From Minisyncoccia bacterium (lineage in GTDB: Bacteria; Patescibacteriota; Minisyncoccia; UBA6257): 54,184 nt of DNA. Below, piece by piece: positions 25,007 to 33,509 of the stretch. Numbering within the stretch: position 1 is the stretch's first letter; every line of letters starts with the position of its first letter. The stretch spans positions 1 through 54,184 of the forward strand of contig JBNAWD010000038.1 in assembly GCA_049699995.1 (NCBI GenBank). The letters are read 5' to 3'. A program made the position numbers and the translations under genes. A model generated the notes under the pieces. That model saw nothing but the letters and a program-made list of their open reading frames with translations. It did no database searches and was not told the origin of the DNA.

Positions 25007-25519
25007 TTACAGTTTTTCTTTGGAGGCAATTTTCTCTTTTAAGGCATTTAAAGCTCGATGGAGCAAAACTCGAACATTATTTTCTTTTTTCTTCAAAATA
25101 AAGGCAATTTCTTTGATAGAAAGATTTTCTATATAATGGTAAAAAATTACTTCATTGTAAATCGGCTTTATTTCTTTTAAACTCTCCAAAATAACCTTTA
25201 AATCATAATCTTCTTCTTGTTGTTTTAAAAAATCTTCTTGGGAAATCTCAAAACCTTTTTCTTTCAAATCATCTAAAGAAACAACAATTTTTTGTTTTTT
25301 CTGGCGATAGAAATCAATTAAGTTATTTCTGGCAATCTGAAATAAAAAAGCTCGGGGACTTTTGATGTTTTTATCTTTTTCCTGAGAAAGCCAAAATTTA
25401 AAAAAAGAATCGGCGGTCAAATCCTGAGCAATTTCAAAAGAGTTAGTCCTTAAAAAAAGAAAACGAAAAACTTTTTCTACGTTTTCATTGTAAAAACTAC
25501 GGAATTCTTCTTGGGTCAT
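25007..25519 (-). CDS. ECF-type sigma-70 family sigma factor (second copy in the window)
   Basis: It has region 2 (AQDLTADSFFKFWLS...FLFQIARNNLIDFYR) and region 4 (LSIKEIAFILKKKENNVRVLLHRALNALKE). Confidence 0.85.
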   Translation of the reverse strand: MTQEEFRSFYNENVEKVFRFLFLRTNSFEIAQDLTADSFFKFWLSQEKDKNIKSPRAFLFQIARNNLIDFYRQKKQKIVVSLDDLKEKGFEISQEDFLKQQEEDYDLKVILESLKEIKPIYNEVIFYHYIENLSIKEIAFILKKKENNVRVLLHRALNALKEKIASKEKL

Positions 25520-25528
25520 CGGTTTTTA

Positions 25529-26512
25529 TTATAAAGTTTTAGCTAATTGGTCAATAAAAATTCCAATTTTTTTGGGATCATGACGCAAAAGCGGTCCTTG
25601 TTTCAGCAAAGGATAAAAAATTACTTTCGGTTTTTCCCAACTTAACAATTCTTTTTTTGAGTATTTAACAAAGCTGGAGTTTTCTTTTTTATAAAGGTCT
25701 AAATATTTCTTTAGAGGTTTTCTAGAATTTATGACAAAATAATCAATTATCCCTTTTCCAAGGTATTTTTCAAGTATAGCATAAAAATCCTTGGCTGTAA
25801 AATTATTAGTTTCTCCGTATTTTGTCATAATATTACAAAAATAAATCTTTTTTGCTTTTGATTTTCTGACCGCCTCTTTAATTCCCTTTACCAAAAAATT
25901 AGGTAAAACGCTTGTATATAAATCACCAGGACCAATGATAATAATATCAGCAGACAAAATAGCCCTTATTGCTTCAGGATTGGCTTTTGCAGAAGGAGAT
26001 AGAAAAACCTTTTTAATCGCTAGACAAGGATTATGCTTGGGAACATCAATATTCGACTCGCCGATAATCAAATCATTGTTTTCTAATTTTGCCACTAAAC
26101 GAGTATTATCCAAAGAAACCGGAATAACCTCGCCTTTAATGCCTAAAATTTTTCCCGCTTCTTTAATTGCTTGATTGAAATCGCCAGTAATTCTTTCCAA
26201 AGCAGTAATAAATAAATTGCCAAAACTATGACCTTTTAAGGAAGAACCATTCTCAAAACGATAATTAAAAAGCTGGGCTAAAATTGAAGAGGAAGAGGAC
26301 AAAGCCGCTAAAGCTCGGCGGAGATCGCCCGGCGGCAAAATGCCAAATTCTCCTCTTAAAATTCCAGAAGAACCACCATCATCAGCAATTGAAACAATGG
26401 CAGAAAGATGATAAGGGTAATCTTTTAGACCATTTAAGACATTAAAAACTCCTGTCCCCCCGCCAATAACGACAATTCTTTTTTGTTGTTTTTCCTTTTT
26501 CTCTTTTCTCAA
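25529..26512 (-). CDS. YvcK/CofD-family protein (gluconeogenesis factor-like)
   Basis: The motifs are VVIGGGTGVFNVL, SIADDGGSSG, PPGDLRRAL and IIIGPGDLYTSVLPN. Confidence 0.85.
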   Translation of the reverse strand: MRKEKKEKQQKRIVVIGGGTGVFNVLNGLKDYPYHLSAIVSIADDGGSSGILRGEFGILPPGDLRRALAALSSSSSILAQLFNYRFENGSSLKGHSFGNLFITALERITGDFNQAIKEAGKILGIKGEVIPVSLDNTRLVAKLENNDLIIGESNIDVPKHNPCLAIKKVFLSPSAKANPEAIRAILSADIIIIGPGDLYTSVLPNFLVKGIKEAVRKSKAKKIYFCNIMTKYGETNNFTAKDFYAILEKYLGKGIIDYFVINSRKPLKKYLDLYKKENSSFVKYSKKELLSWEKPKVIFYPLLKQGPLLRHDPKKIGIFIDQLAKTL

Positions 26513-26518
26513 GATGAA

Positions 26519-29032
26519 TTAAAAAACAAAATTAATAATTTTGTCTGGCACAAAAATAACTTTTTTAATTTTTTGATTGGTTAAATATTTTTGAACCAAA
26601 GGAAGAACTTTTTGCTCTACTTCTTTTTGAGAAAGATTTTTTGATAACTCAATTGTTTTTTTAGTTTTTCCGTTAATTTGAACAGCATAAATACATTTTT
26701 TTTCTTTTGTTTTTTCTTCTTCATAAGAAGGCCATTTTTCTTTAATTAGCGGTTTTTTAATCTTTAAATAAGAATAAGCTAATTCTTCGGTAATATGAGG
26801 GGCAAAAGGCGAAAGTAATAGCACTAATGTCTTTAAATGTTTTTTATCAATTTTATCTTTGGGAAGTTCTTCTAATTTGTTTAAATATTCCATTAAAGCG
26901 GAAATAGCGGTATTAAATCTCATTTTTTCGATATCTTCAGTCACTCTTTTTATTGTTTTTTGGCGGAAAAACTCTAACTGAGAAAGGACTTCATTTAATT
27001 TCTTCTTAGCTTCTTCAGTTAATTTTTCTTTAGGCTGTTTTTCTTTCTTTAATAATGCCGTTGAGACAACCAAATCCCAAACTCGATTTAAAAAGCGATA
27101 AATACCGTTAATTCCTTGGGTGTTCCAGCTTTTTACAGCAGTCAATGGGCCTAAAAACATTTCATACATTCTTAAAGTATCCGCGCCATATTTTTTCACA
27201 ATCTCATCAGGGTTAATAACATTGCCTCTAGATTTTGACATTTTTTCTCCATCTTCTCCCAAAATAATTCCCTGATTGACTAATTTATAAAATGGCTCCG
27301 GCTGAGAAACCACCTTAATATCATATAGAAACTTATGCCAAAATCGAGCATAAAGCAAATGTAAAACCGCATGTTCTACTCCTCCGATATAAATATTAAC
27401 TGGCAACCATTCTTTTTGTTTTTTAAAATCAACTAATTTTTTCTTATTTTTGGGATCAAGATAACGCAAATAATACCAACAGGAACCAGCCCATTGAGGC
27501 ATAGTATTTGTTTCTCTTTTAGCCGGGCCATGGCAAATTGGGCACGAAACATTTACCCAGGAACTTAAATCAGCCAAAGGCGATTCATTTTTACCGGTAG
27601 GCTGGAATCTTTCAATAGGAGGAAGTTTTAAGGGTAAATCTTTTTCTTTTAAAGGAACATTTCCACACTTAGGGCATTTAATAATTGGAATAGGCTCTCC
27701 CCAGTATCTTTGGCGAGAGAAAACCCAATCCCGGAGTTTGTAATAAACTGCTTTTTTCCCTCCTACATAAAAGACAATCTTTTCTTTAGCTTTTTGCGAT
27801 GGCAAACCATTAAATGGCCCAGAATTAATTAAAATACCATCACCTTCATAAGGTTCCTCTATTTTTTCTTTTGGTTTACCGTCAACAGAGATAACTTCTT
27901 TTATCGGCAAAAGAAATTGTTTGGCAAATTCAAAATCTCTTTGATCATGGGCAGGAACAGCCATAATGGCGCCAGTACCGTAATTCATCAAAACATAATC
28001 AGAAATCCAGATGGGAATTTTTTCTCTTGTGGCAGGATTAATGGCATAAGCGCCTAAAAAGACACCTGTTTTTTCTTTGGCCTTAAGCTGTCTTTCGAAA
28101 TCCGATTGACTTAAAGCTTCTTCAATATATCTTAAAACTTCTTCTTTTCTATCTTCTTTAGTGATCTTTAAAACTAATGGATGCTCCGGCGCTAAAACCA
28201 AATAAGTGGCGCCAAAAATTGTCTCCGGTCTGGTAGTAAAAACTTTCAAATATTCGTTCAAACCATCGATTTTAAATTCTATTTCCGCGCCTTCTGATTT
28301 ACCTATCCAATTTCTTTGCATAATTTTTACCCTTTCTGGCCAATCTAATAAATCTAAATCTTTTAAAAGGCGATCCGCATAGGCAGTAATTTTTAATAGC
28401 CATTGCCTAATTTTTTTTCGAACAACCGGCGTCTCGCATCTTTCACATTTTCCCTCTTTGACTTCCTCATCAGCCAAAACTGTCTGACAAGATGGGCACC
28501 AATTAACCGGCACTTCGTCTTCATAAGCCAGACCATTTTTAAAAAGTTGCAAAAATATCCATTGAGTCCATTTATAGTATTCCGGATCGGTAGTATTAAT
28601 CTCTCTCGGCCAGTCATAAGAAAAACCTAAAGATTGTAGCTGTTGTTTAAATCTTTTTATGTTTTTCGGAACGACTTTTTGGGGAGGAATTTTTGTTTTT
28701 AAAGCGTAATTTTCGGCAGGCAAACCAAAAGCATCCCAACCCATTGGATGTAAAACCTCATAACCATTCATTCGGTAATAACGAGACACAATATCAGAAG
28801 CGGTATAACCTTCAACATGACCAACATGAAGACCTTCACCAGAAGGATAAGGAAACATATCTAAAATGTATAAATGCTTCTTTTTGGGGAAATCAGAGGC
28901 GTGAAAAAGGCTATAATTATTTTTTGCCCAAACTTTTTGCCATTTCTTTTCAATTTTTGCTGGATTGTATTTTGGCAATTTAATTTTTTCCTTTTTTGTT
29001 TTTGGTTTTAATGTTTTTTCTTTCTCTTTCAT
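26519..29032 (-). CDS. leuS: Leucine--tRNA ligase
   Basis: It has the HIGH-type motif GEGLHVGHVEGY and KMSKSRGN. It is 837 aa long. Confidence 0.97.
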   Translation of the reverse strand: MKEKEKTLKPKTKKEKIKLPKYNPAKIEKKWQKVWAKNNYSLFHASDFPKKKHLYILDMFPYPSGEGLHVGHVEGYTASDIVSRYYRMNGYEVLHPMGWDAFGLPAENYALKTKIPPQKVVPKNIKRFKQQLQSLGFSYDWPREINTTDPEYYKWTQWIFLQLFKNGLAYEDEVPVNWCPSCQTVLADEEVKEGKCERCETPVVRKKIRQWLLKITAYADRLLKDLDLLDWPERVKIMQRNWIGKSEGAEIEFKIDGLNEYLKVFTTRPETIFGATYLVLAPEHPLVLKITKEDRKEEVLRYIEEALSQSDFERQLKAKEKTGVFLGAYAINPATREKIPIWISDYVLMNYGTGAIMAVPAHDQRDFEFAKQFLLPIKEVISVDGKPKEKIEEPYEGDGILINSGPFNGLPSQKAKEKIVFYVGGKKAVYYKLRDWVFSRQRYWGEPIPIIKCPKCGNVPLKEKDLPLKLPPIERFQPTGKNESPLADLSSWVNVSCPICHGPAKRETNTMPQWAGSCWYYLRYLDPKNKKKLVDFKKQKEWLPVNIYIGGVEHAVLHLLYARFWHKFLYDIKVVSQPEPFYKLVNQGIILGEDGEKMSKSRGNVINPDEIVKKYGADTLRMYEMFLGPLTAVKSWNTQGINGIYRFLNRVWDLVVSTALLKKEKQPKEKLTEEAKKKLNEVLSQLEFFRQKTIKRVTEDIEKMRFNTAISALMEYLNKLEELPKDKIDKKHLKTLVLLLSPFAPHITEELAYSYLKIKKPLIKEKWPSYEEEKTKEKKCIYAVQINGKTKKTIELSKNLSQKEVEQKVLPLVQKYLTNQKIKKVIFVPDKIINFVF

Positions 29033-29055
29033 AGTATTAAGACAACACTTAAAAT

Positions 29056-30825
29056 TTATTCCTTTTCTTTTTTAAGCAATTCCAAAAATCTTTCTAAAGG
29101 CATTTGGCCTAAATCGCCTTTTTTTCTTTTCCTGATTGAAACCATTTTTTGGTTTTCCTCTTTCTCACCGATAATAATGAGATAAGGAATTTTTAAAATC
29201 TCTCCCTCCCTAATTTTTTTTGACAAAGTTTCTTGAGATAAATCTATTTCTGCCCTTATTTTATTTTCTCTAAGTTTATGAAATATATCCAAGGCATAGG
29301 AATGGTTTTTTTCAGTAATGGGTAAAATCCTAACTTGGGTTGGCGCAAGCCAGAAAGGAAAATCTCCTTGATAATGCTCTATTAGTATTCCTATAAACCT
29401 TTCTAAACTTCCTAAAAGCGCTCGATGAATCATTATTGGTCTTTTCTTCTGGCCTTTTTTGTCAATATAAGAAAGATTAAATCTTTGAGGTAAATTAAAG
29501 TCAATTTGAATAGTGGTACACTGCCAAGCTCGGCCTAAAGCATCCTTTATTTTGATATCAATTTTTGGTCCATAAAAGGCTCCTCCGCCTTGGTCAATCT
29601 GATAAGACAGATTCTTATTTTCTAAAGCCTTTTTTAAAGCTTTTATAGCTTTTTGCCAAATCTTTAAAGTGCCAATAAATTTCTCCGGTCGAGTAGAAAG
29701 ATAAATTTCATAATCTTTAAAGCCGAATTTTTCTAAAATTTTTAAACCTAATGACAGGACATTATTTATTTCTTCTTCTAATTTTTCCTCTTCGCACCAA
29801 ATATGAGCATCGTCTTGAGTAAAACCCCTCACTCTTGTCAAACCACTCAAAACCCCAGACCTTTCGTAACGATAAACTGTTCCTAATTCTGTCAATCGAA
29901 AAGGCAAATCTTTATGGCTTCGGATTTGATTTTTATAAACCATGATATGAAAAGGACAATTCATCGGCTTTAACTGATAATCTTCTTTTTCCTCCGGGTT
30001 AATCTCTTTTAAATGCATTTTGGGATACATATTTTCTTGATAAAAATCATTATGGCCAGAAATATCCCATAAAAAAGATTTGGCAATATGAGGGGTTGAG
30101 ACTAAATAATAACCATTTTTTAAATATTCTTCTAAAATGTAATTTTCAATCATTCTTTTTAGAAGGGCTCCTTTTTCTAACCAAATAACTAATCCCGGCC
30201 CAATTTCTTCAAAAAACTGAAAAAGCCCTAATTGAGGTCCCAAAACCTTATGGTCTCTCTTTTTGGCTTCTTCTAAATAATTTAAATAATCATTTAACTC
30301 TTTCTCTGTTTTAAAAGCCACTCCCTCAACTCTATCAAGCATGGGATTATTTTCATCGCCTTGAAAATAAGCGCCACTGATTTTTAAAAGTTTAAAAGAA
30401 AGATTCATTTGATTAGTGTTTTTAATATGAGGGCCTTTGCAGAGATCTAAAAATTCGCCTAATTGATATAAACTCACCTGATTTACTTCTTCTTTTTTTA
30501 AATCTTCTAAAATTTTTAGTTTATAGGGCTGATTTATTTTTTTAAAAATTTTCTTTGCTTCGGAAAGAGAAACCTTTTTCTTTTGGAAAGAAATTCCTTC
30601 CTCTATAATTTTTTTCATTTCTTTTTCTATTTTTTCTAAATCTTCTTGAGCCAATCTTCTTCTTTTTCCCTTTTCAAAAATTTCAAAATCGTAAAAGAAA
30701 CCATTTCCTGTTGCCGGACCGATTCCAAAATAAACTTCTTTAAAAAGCCTTAAAACAGCCAAAGCCATAATATGAGCCAATGAATGGCGCAAAGTTTCTA
30801 AAGAATATTTATTTTCTTTTTTCAT
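29056..30825 (-). CDS. thrS: Threonine--tRNA ligase lacking the N-terminal TGS domain
   Basis: The protein starts directly at the editing-domain motif LRHSLAHIMA. It has the class II motifs FRLTELGTVYRYERSG and PIMIHRALLGSLERF and an anticodon-binding C-terminus. Confidence 0.95.
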   Translation of the reverse strand: MKKENKYSLETLRHSLAHIMALAVLRLFKEVYFGIGPATGNGFFYDFEIFEKGKRRRLAQEDLEKIEKEMKKIIEEGISFQKKKVSLSEAKKIFKKINQPYKLKILEDLKKEEVNQVSLYQLGEFLDLCKGPHIKNTNQMNLSFKLLKISGAYFQGDENNPMLDRVEGVAFKTEKELNDYLNYLEEAKKRDHKVLGPQLGLFQFFEEIGPGLVIWLEKGALLKRMIENYILEEYLKNGYYLVSTPHIAKSFLWDISGHNDFYQENMYPKMHLKEINPEEKEDYQLKPMNCPFHIMVYKNQIRSHKDLPFRLTELGTVYRYERSGVLSGLTRVRGFTQDDAHIWCEEEKLEEEINNVLSLGLKILEKFGFKDYEIYLSTRPEKFIGTLKIWQKAIKALKKALENKNLSYQIDQGGGAFYGPKIDIKIKDALGRAWQCTTIQIDFNLPQRFNLSYIDKKGQKKRPIMIHRALLGSLERFIGILIEHYQGDFPFWLAPTQVRILPITEKNHSYALDIFHKLRENKIRAEIDLSQETLSKKIREGEILKIPYLIIIGEKEENQKMVSIRKRKKGDLGQMPLERFLELLKKEKE

Positions 30826-30884
30826 AGAAAACTTAAAAAATATTAAAACAAAATCAGAAAAAAAACAAGTTTTACATTAAATAA

Positions 30885-30907
30885 AGAGAGAGGGAAATCC
30901 TCTCTCT
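30885..30907 (-). terminator. Hairpin terminator after the Cys-rich protein gene
   Basis: AGAGAGAGG-GAAAT-CCTCTCTCT forms a 9-bp stem, followed on the minus strand by TTTATTT. It lies 25 nt downstream of the stop. Confidence 0.6.
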
Positions 30908-30931
30908 AAAATCTTTCTTCCAAATTTATAA

Positions 30932-32356
30932 CTATCGAGGACAACATAAGATATAACAGGAATACCCTTTGCCCGGACAACCACCGCAACCACCACTTTT
31001 TTTATAATAACCAGAAGGACAGGATAAACAATTTGAACTAGTAGGACATTCCCCTTCTGTCCTCGTGCAGGAACCAGAAGAACTGCTCGATTGTTGAGTT
31101 GGGGTATGAGAAGAACCACTACTACCACCAGAAGTACCACCGCTAGCCGAACCTCCACAATCAGCATCACTTCGACAAGATTTATAATTAGAACAAGGAT
31201 AAATTGTCGCTCCTGAAATACATTTATCAGCTCGACAAACATTCGTGCAGTAATAAGTAGTGTTAGTAGAAGGTTGAGTTATTCCTCCGCAATCCGCATC
31301 TTTGCTACAACTCTTCATGTTAGAACAACTTTGGCTAAAATATCCGGAAGTACATTTTCCTTGATAGCAAACATTTCGGCAATAGAATTGTTGGGATTGA
31401 GTTTGAGTCTGGGTCTGGGTTTGTTGGGCGGTACCAGTCAAAGGAGTGCCGGAAGGAGTACATTCACTTTTGCAAGGAGTATCAGAAGAATAAGGAACAC
31501 ATTGTTGGCTAACACCACAACCACCTCCCCCGGAAGAATTTTGCCTCATTTCATAACGATAACAAATATAAGCAGCCTTTTTGCAATTGGCTTGACAAGC
31601 AGATAAAGAGGAATAATATCCTGGATCATCAGCGATAGTTCTATTCACAACAGTATAAACACATTGAGCAGTAGTTCGGTCGCAATAATAAACTCTCACT
31701 TTATCGCTAGGTTTTTTAGTTGTTGTGGTTGTTTGATTAGTCGAACCGATCATACTTTGAGATTCTAATTGATGAAATTGCTGACTAAGTTGAGCTGGAG
31801 ATGGTTGAGAGGGTTGAGAAGATGGAAGAGAACTGGCTCCCTCTGGTTTTATAAGTTGAGCTGGAGAAGGAACACTTTGAGATTCTAATTGATGAAATTG
31901 CTGACTAAGTTGAGCTGGAGATGGTTGAGAAGATTGGGATGATTGTGAGGATTGGGATGATTGAGATTGTTTTAATTGATTAGCAATTTGTTCAGCTGTA
32001 TTAATAATATTTGTTACTCCTTGACGAACTTTTTCTAAAGCAGTAGCAGCTTCTGGAGAAAAAGTGGAAACCACTTTGCTAAGATCTTCAGGATTTTTAA
32101 TCTTGCTTAAATTCTCAATGCCGGTAACTATCCGACTGGCTTCTCGTAAAGGAGTAGCTAGTTGTGGTGGAACAAAGTTACTCATAACATTTAGGGTATC
32201 TCCAAGGCCTTTTTTCTTTTCTGTTTCGGATAGATCAGACTGAAGAATTTTTCTTTGCAGTTCCTCAGGGGTTGTCGCTTTTGATACTTCTTTGAAAATT
32301 AGGCTCAATCCTATAATTAATATTAAGACAAAAATGAATATTTTATTTTTATTCAT
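30932..32356 (-). CDS. Secreted modular protein: signal anchor, Q/S/P-rich repeat linker, C-terminal 30-Cys region (no family recognised)
   Basis: The signal anchor is IFIFVLILIIGLSLIF. QPSPAQLSQQFHQLESQS occurs twice, with (SSQ)n and (TQ)n runs. Two modules share the identical spacing C-x3-C-x4-C-x8-C-x5-C-x5-C and both end in DADCGG. Confidence 0.8.
   Translation of the reverse strand: MNKNKIFIFVLILIIGLSLIFKEVSKATTPEELQRKILQSDLSETEKKKGLGDTLNVMSNFVPPQLATPLREASRIVTGIENLSKIKNPEDLSKVVSTFSPEAATALEKVRQGVTNIINTAEQIANQLKQSQSSQSSQSSQSSQPSPAQLSQQFHQLESQSVPSPAQLIKPEGASSLPSSQPSQPSPAQLSQQFHQLESQSMIGSTNQTTTTTKKPSDKVRVYYCDRTTAQCVYTVVNRTIADDPGYYSSLSACQANCKKAAYICYRYEMRQNSSGGGGCGVSQQCVPYSSDTPCKSECTPSGTPLTGTAQQTQTQTQTQSQQFYCRNVCYQGKCTSGYFSQSCSNMKSCSKDADCGGITQPSTNTTYYCTNVCRADKCISGATIYPCSNYKSCRSDADCGGSASGGTSGGSSGSSHTPTQQSSSSSGSCTRTEGECPTSSNCLSCPSGYYKKSGGCGGCPGKGYSCYILCCPR
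31754..31930. repeat. 57-nt exact direct repeat with 120-nt period inside the Cys-rich protein gene
   Basis: Positions 31754-31810 are identical to 31874-31930 (ACTTTGAGATTCTAATTGATGAAATTGCTGACTAAGTTGAGCTGGAGATGGTTGAGA). It is followed by four 9-nt units at 31932-31967. Confidence 0.9.
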
Positions 32357-32400
32357 AATTTTTATTAAAAATAATATTTATTATTGACATTAAAAAATTA

Positions 32401-33428
32401 TTATTGGCAAACACTGAAAAATTCATTAACTTTCACCTCTTGTAATCCCGAACAACAATATTCGTTGGTATCACCTAACCGAGGATCTCGAATAACAAAC
32501 TCTCCTTTTGGCACACATTTAGCGCCGGAAGAATTGCTAGGAACCGTTGGATAAGCATCGGTCTGGGCAACTAAATAATAATTAGCGTCAAAACAATCAA
32601 GAGTAAAGAAATCATTTGATCAGCTTTTAAGGGTAAAGTTAAAGAACCAGAGGTATTAACGAGATAATAATTGTTAACATCGCTACCTCGAGCTAAAAGA
32701 CAATAAGTAGCTCTAGTTGAGGGAATTTGCCAAGTCAAAACAACATTATCTCCATTCCTTATTGCCTGCATTAATCCTTCTTGGTATTTGGAATAATTTG
32801 GAGTAACTCTTGCTATATCTCTTGCCCGCAGTTCTCCATTACTATTGTAACATTCTATTACATAATCTGTTATTCTATCTGGTCGAACCAAAGCAAAAAT
32901 TCCGTTTTTCTCTATATCCACTTTTTGATATTGCAAAAATTGTTGAGCGCCAACTTTTGTCTGCCAATATTTATAGAAATCAATAGCGCTGCAATATTTT
33001 ATGTCTCCTTTTCTTAAAATATAAAGCATCAAAAAGACTGTATCACCCAATCCATTTACTTTTTCTGGAATCGCCACTAAATCAATTTTAGGAGTTAAAT
33101 CTTTATCAGTAATTGTTACTTCTTTTGTTTGGTAAATCTTTGTCCGATTATTATAGCAGAAAAGAGAATAAGTAGTGGGATATTGGGGATAAACCATCTG
33201 CTGGCCAGAAGAAGTAAATTTATTTGTCCACATTTCTCCTAAAGGAAAACAGAAATTAGCCTGAGGAGCGGACCATTTTAATAAAAATCCCTCACCAGAG
33301 GGAGTCGCTGAAAATTCTCCAATTAAATCAGTTTGATTGTTTTGGGCATTAATTTTTTGAAAAAAAATAAAAAGGGAAAAGAAAATAATACCAGAAAAAA
33401 TTCCCAAAATTATTTTTTTGTTTTTCAT
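32401..33428 (-). CDS. Secreted three-module two-Cys repeat protein, interrupted by a frameshift near 32613-32621
   Basis: The track ORF 32571-33428 ends in ...KADQMISLLLIVLTLIII*. A second frame, open from 32619 to a TAA at 32401-32403, encodes SNDFFTLDCFDANYYLVAQTDAYPTVPSNSSGAKCVPKGEFVIRDPRLGDTNEYCCSGLQEVKVNEFFSVCQ. Only this frame supplies the closing motif (FTLDCFDAN) seen in modules 1 and 2 (YSLFCYNNR and YVIECYNSN). Confidence 0.65.
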
Positions 33429-33509
33429 AATTTTATTTTTTAATTTTCATTAATATTTTATTCTTTTAAAAAATCAAAGTCAAGAGAATTGTTATTTCAA
33501 ATTGCCATT

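Noticed and set aside
30877-31606. ORFs 30877-31242 (minus strand, alternative frame) and 31274-31606 (plus strand) overlapping the Cys-rich protein gene.
   Set aside because: Their translations are Val/Leu runs or Ser/Thr/Leu-rich filler. The 474-aa frame carries the signal anchor and the regular Cys spacing.
31754-31967. A possible CRISPR-like or other non-coding repeat array.
   Set aside because: The repeats are in frame inside a coding sequence, have no spacer/repeat alternation of CRISPR dimensions, and there are no cas genes. No CRISPR array is visible anywhere in the window.
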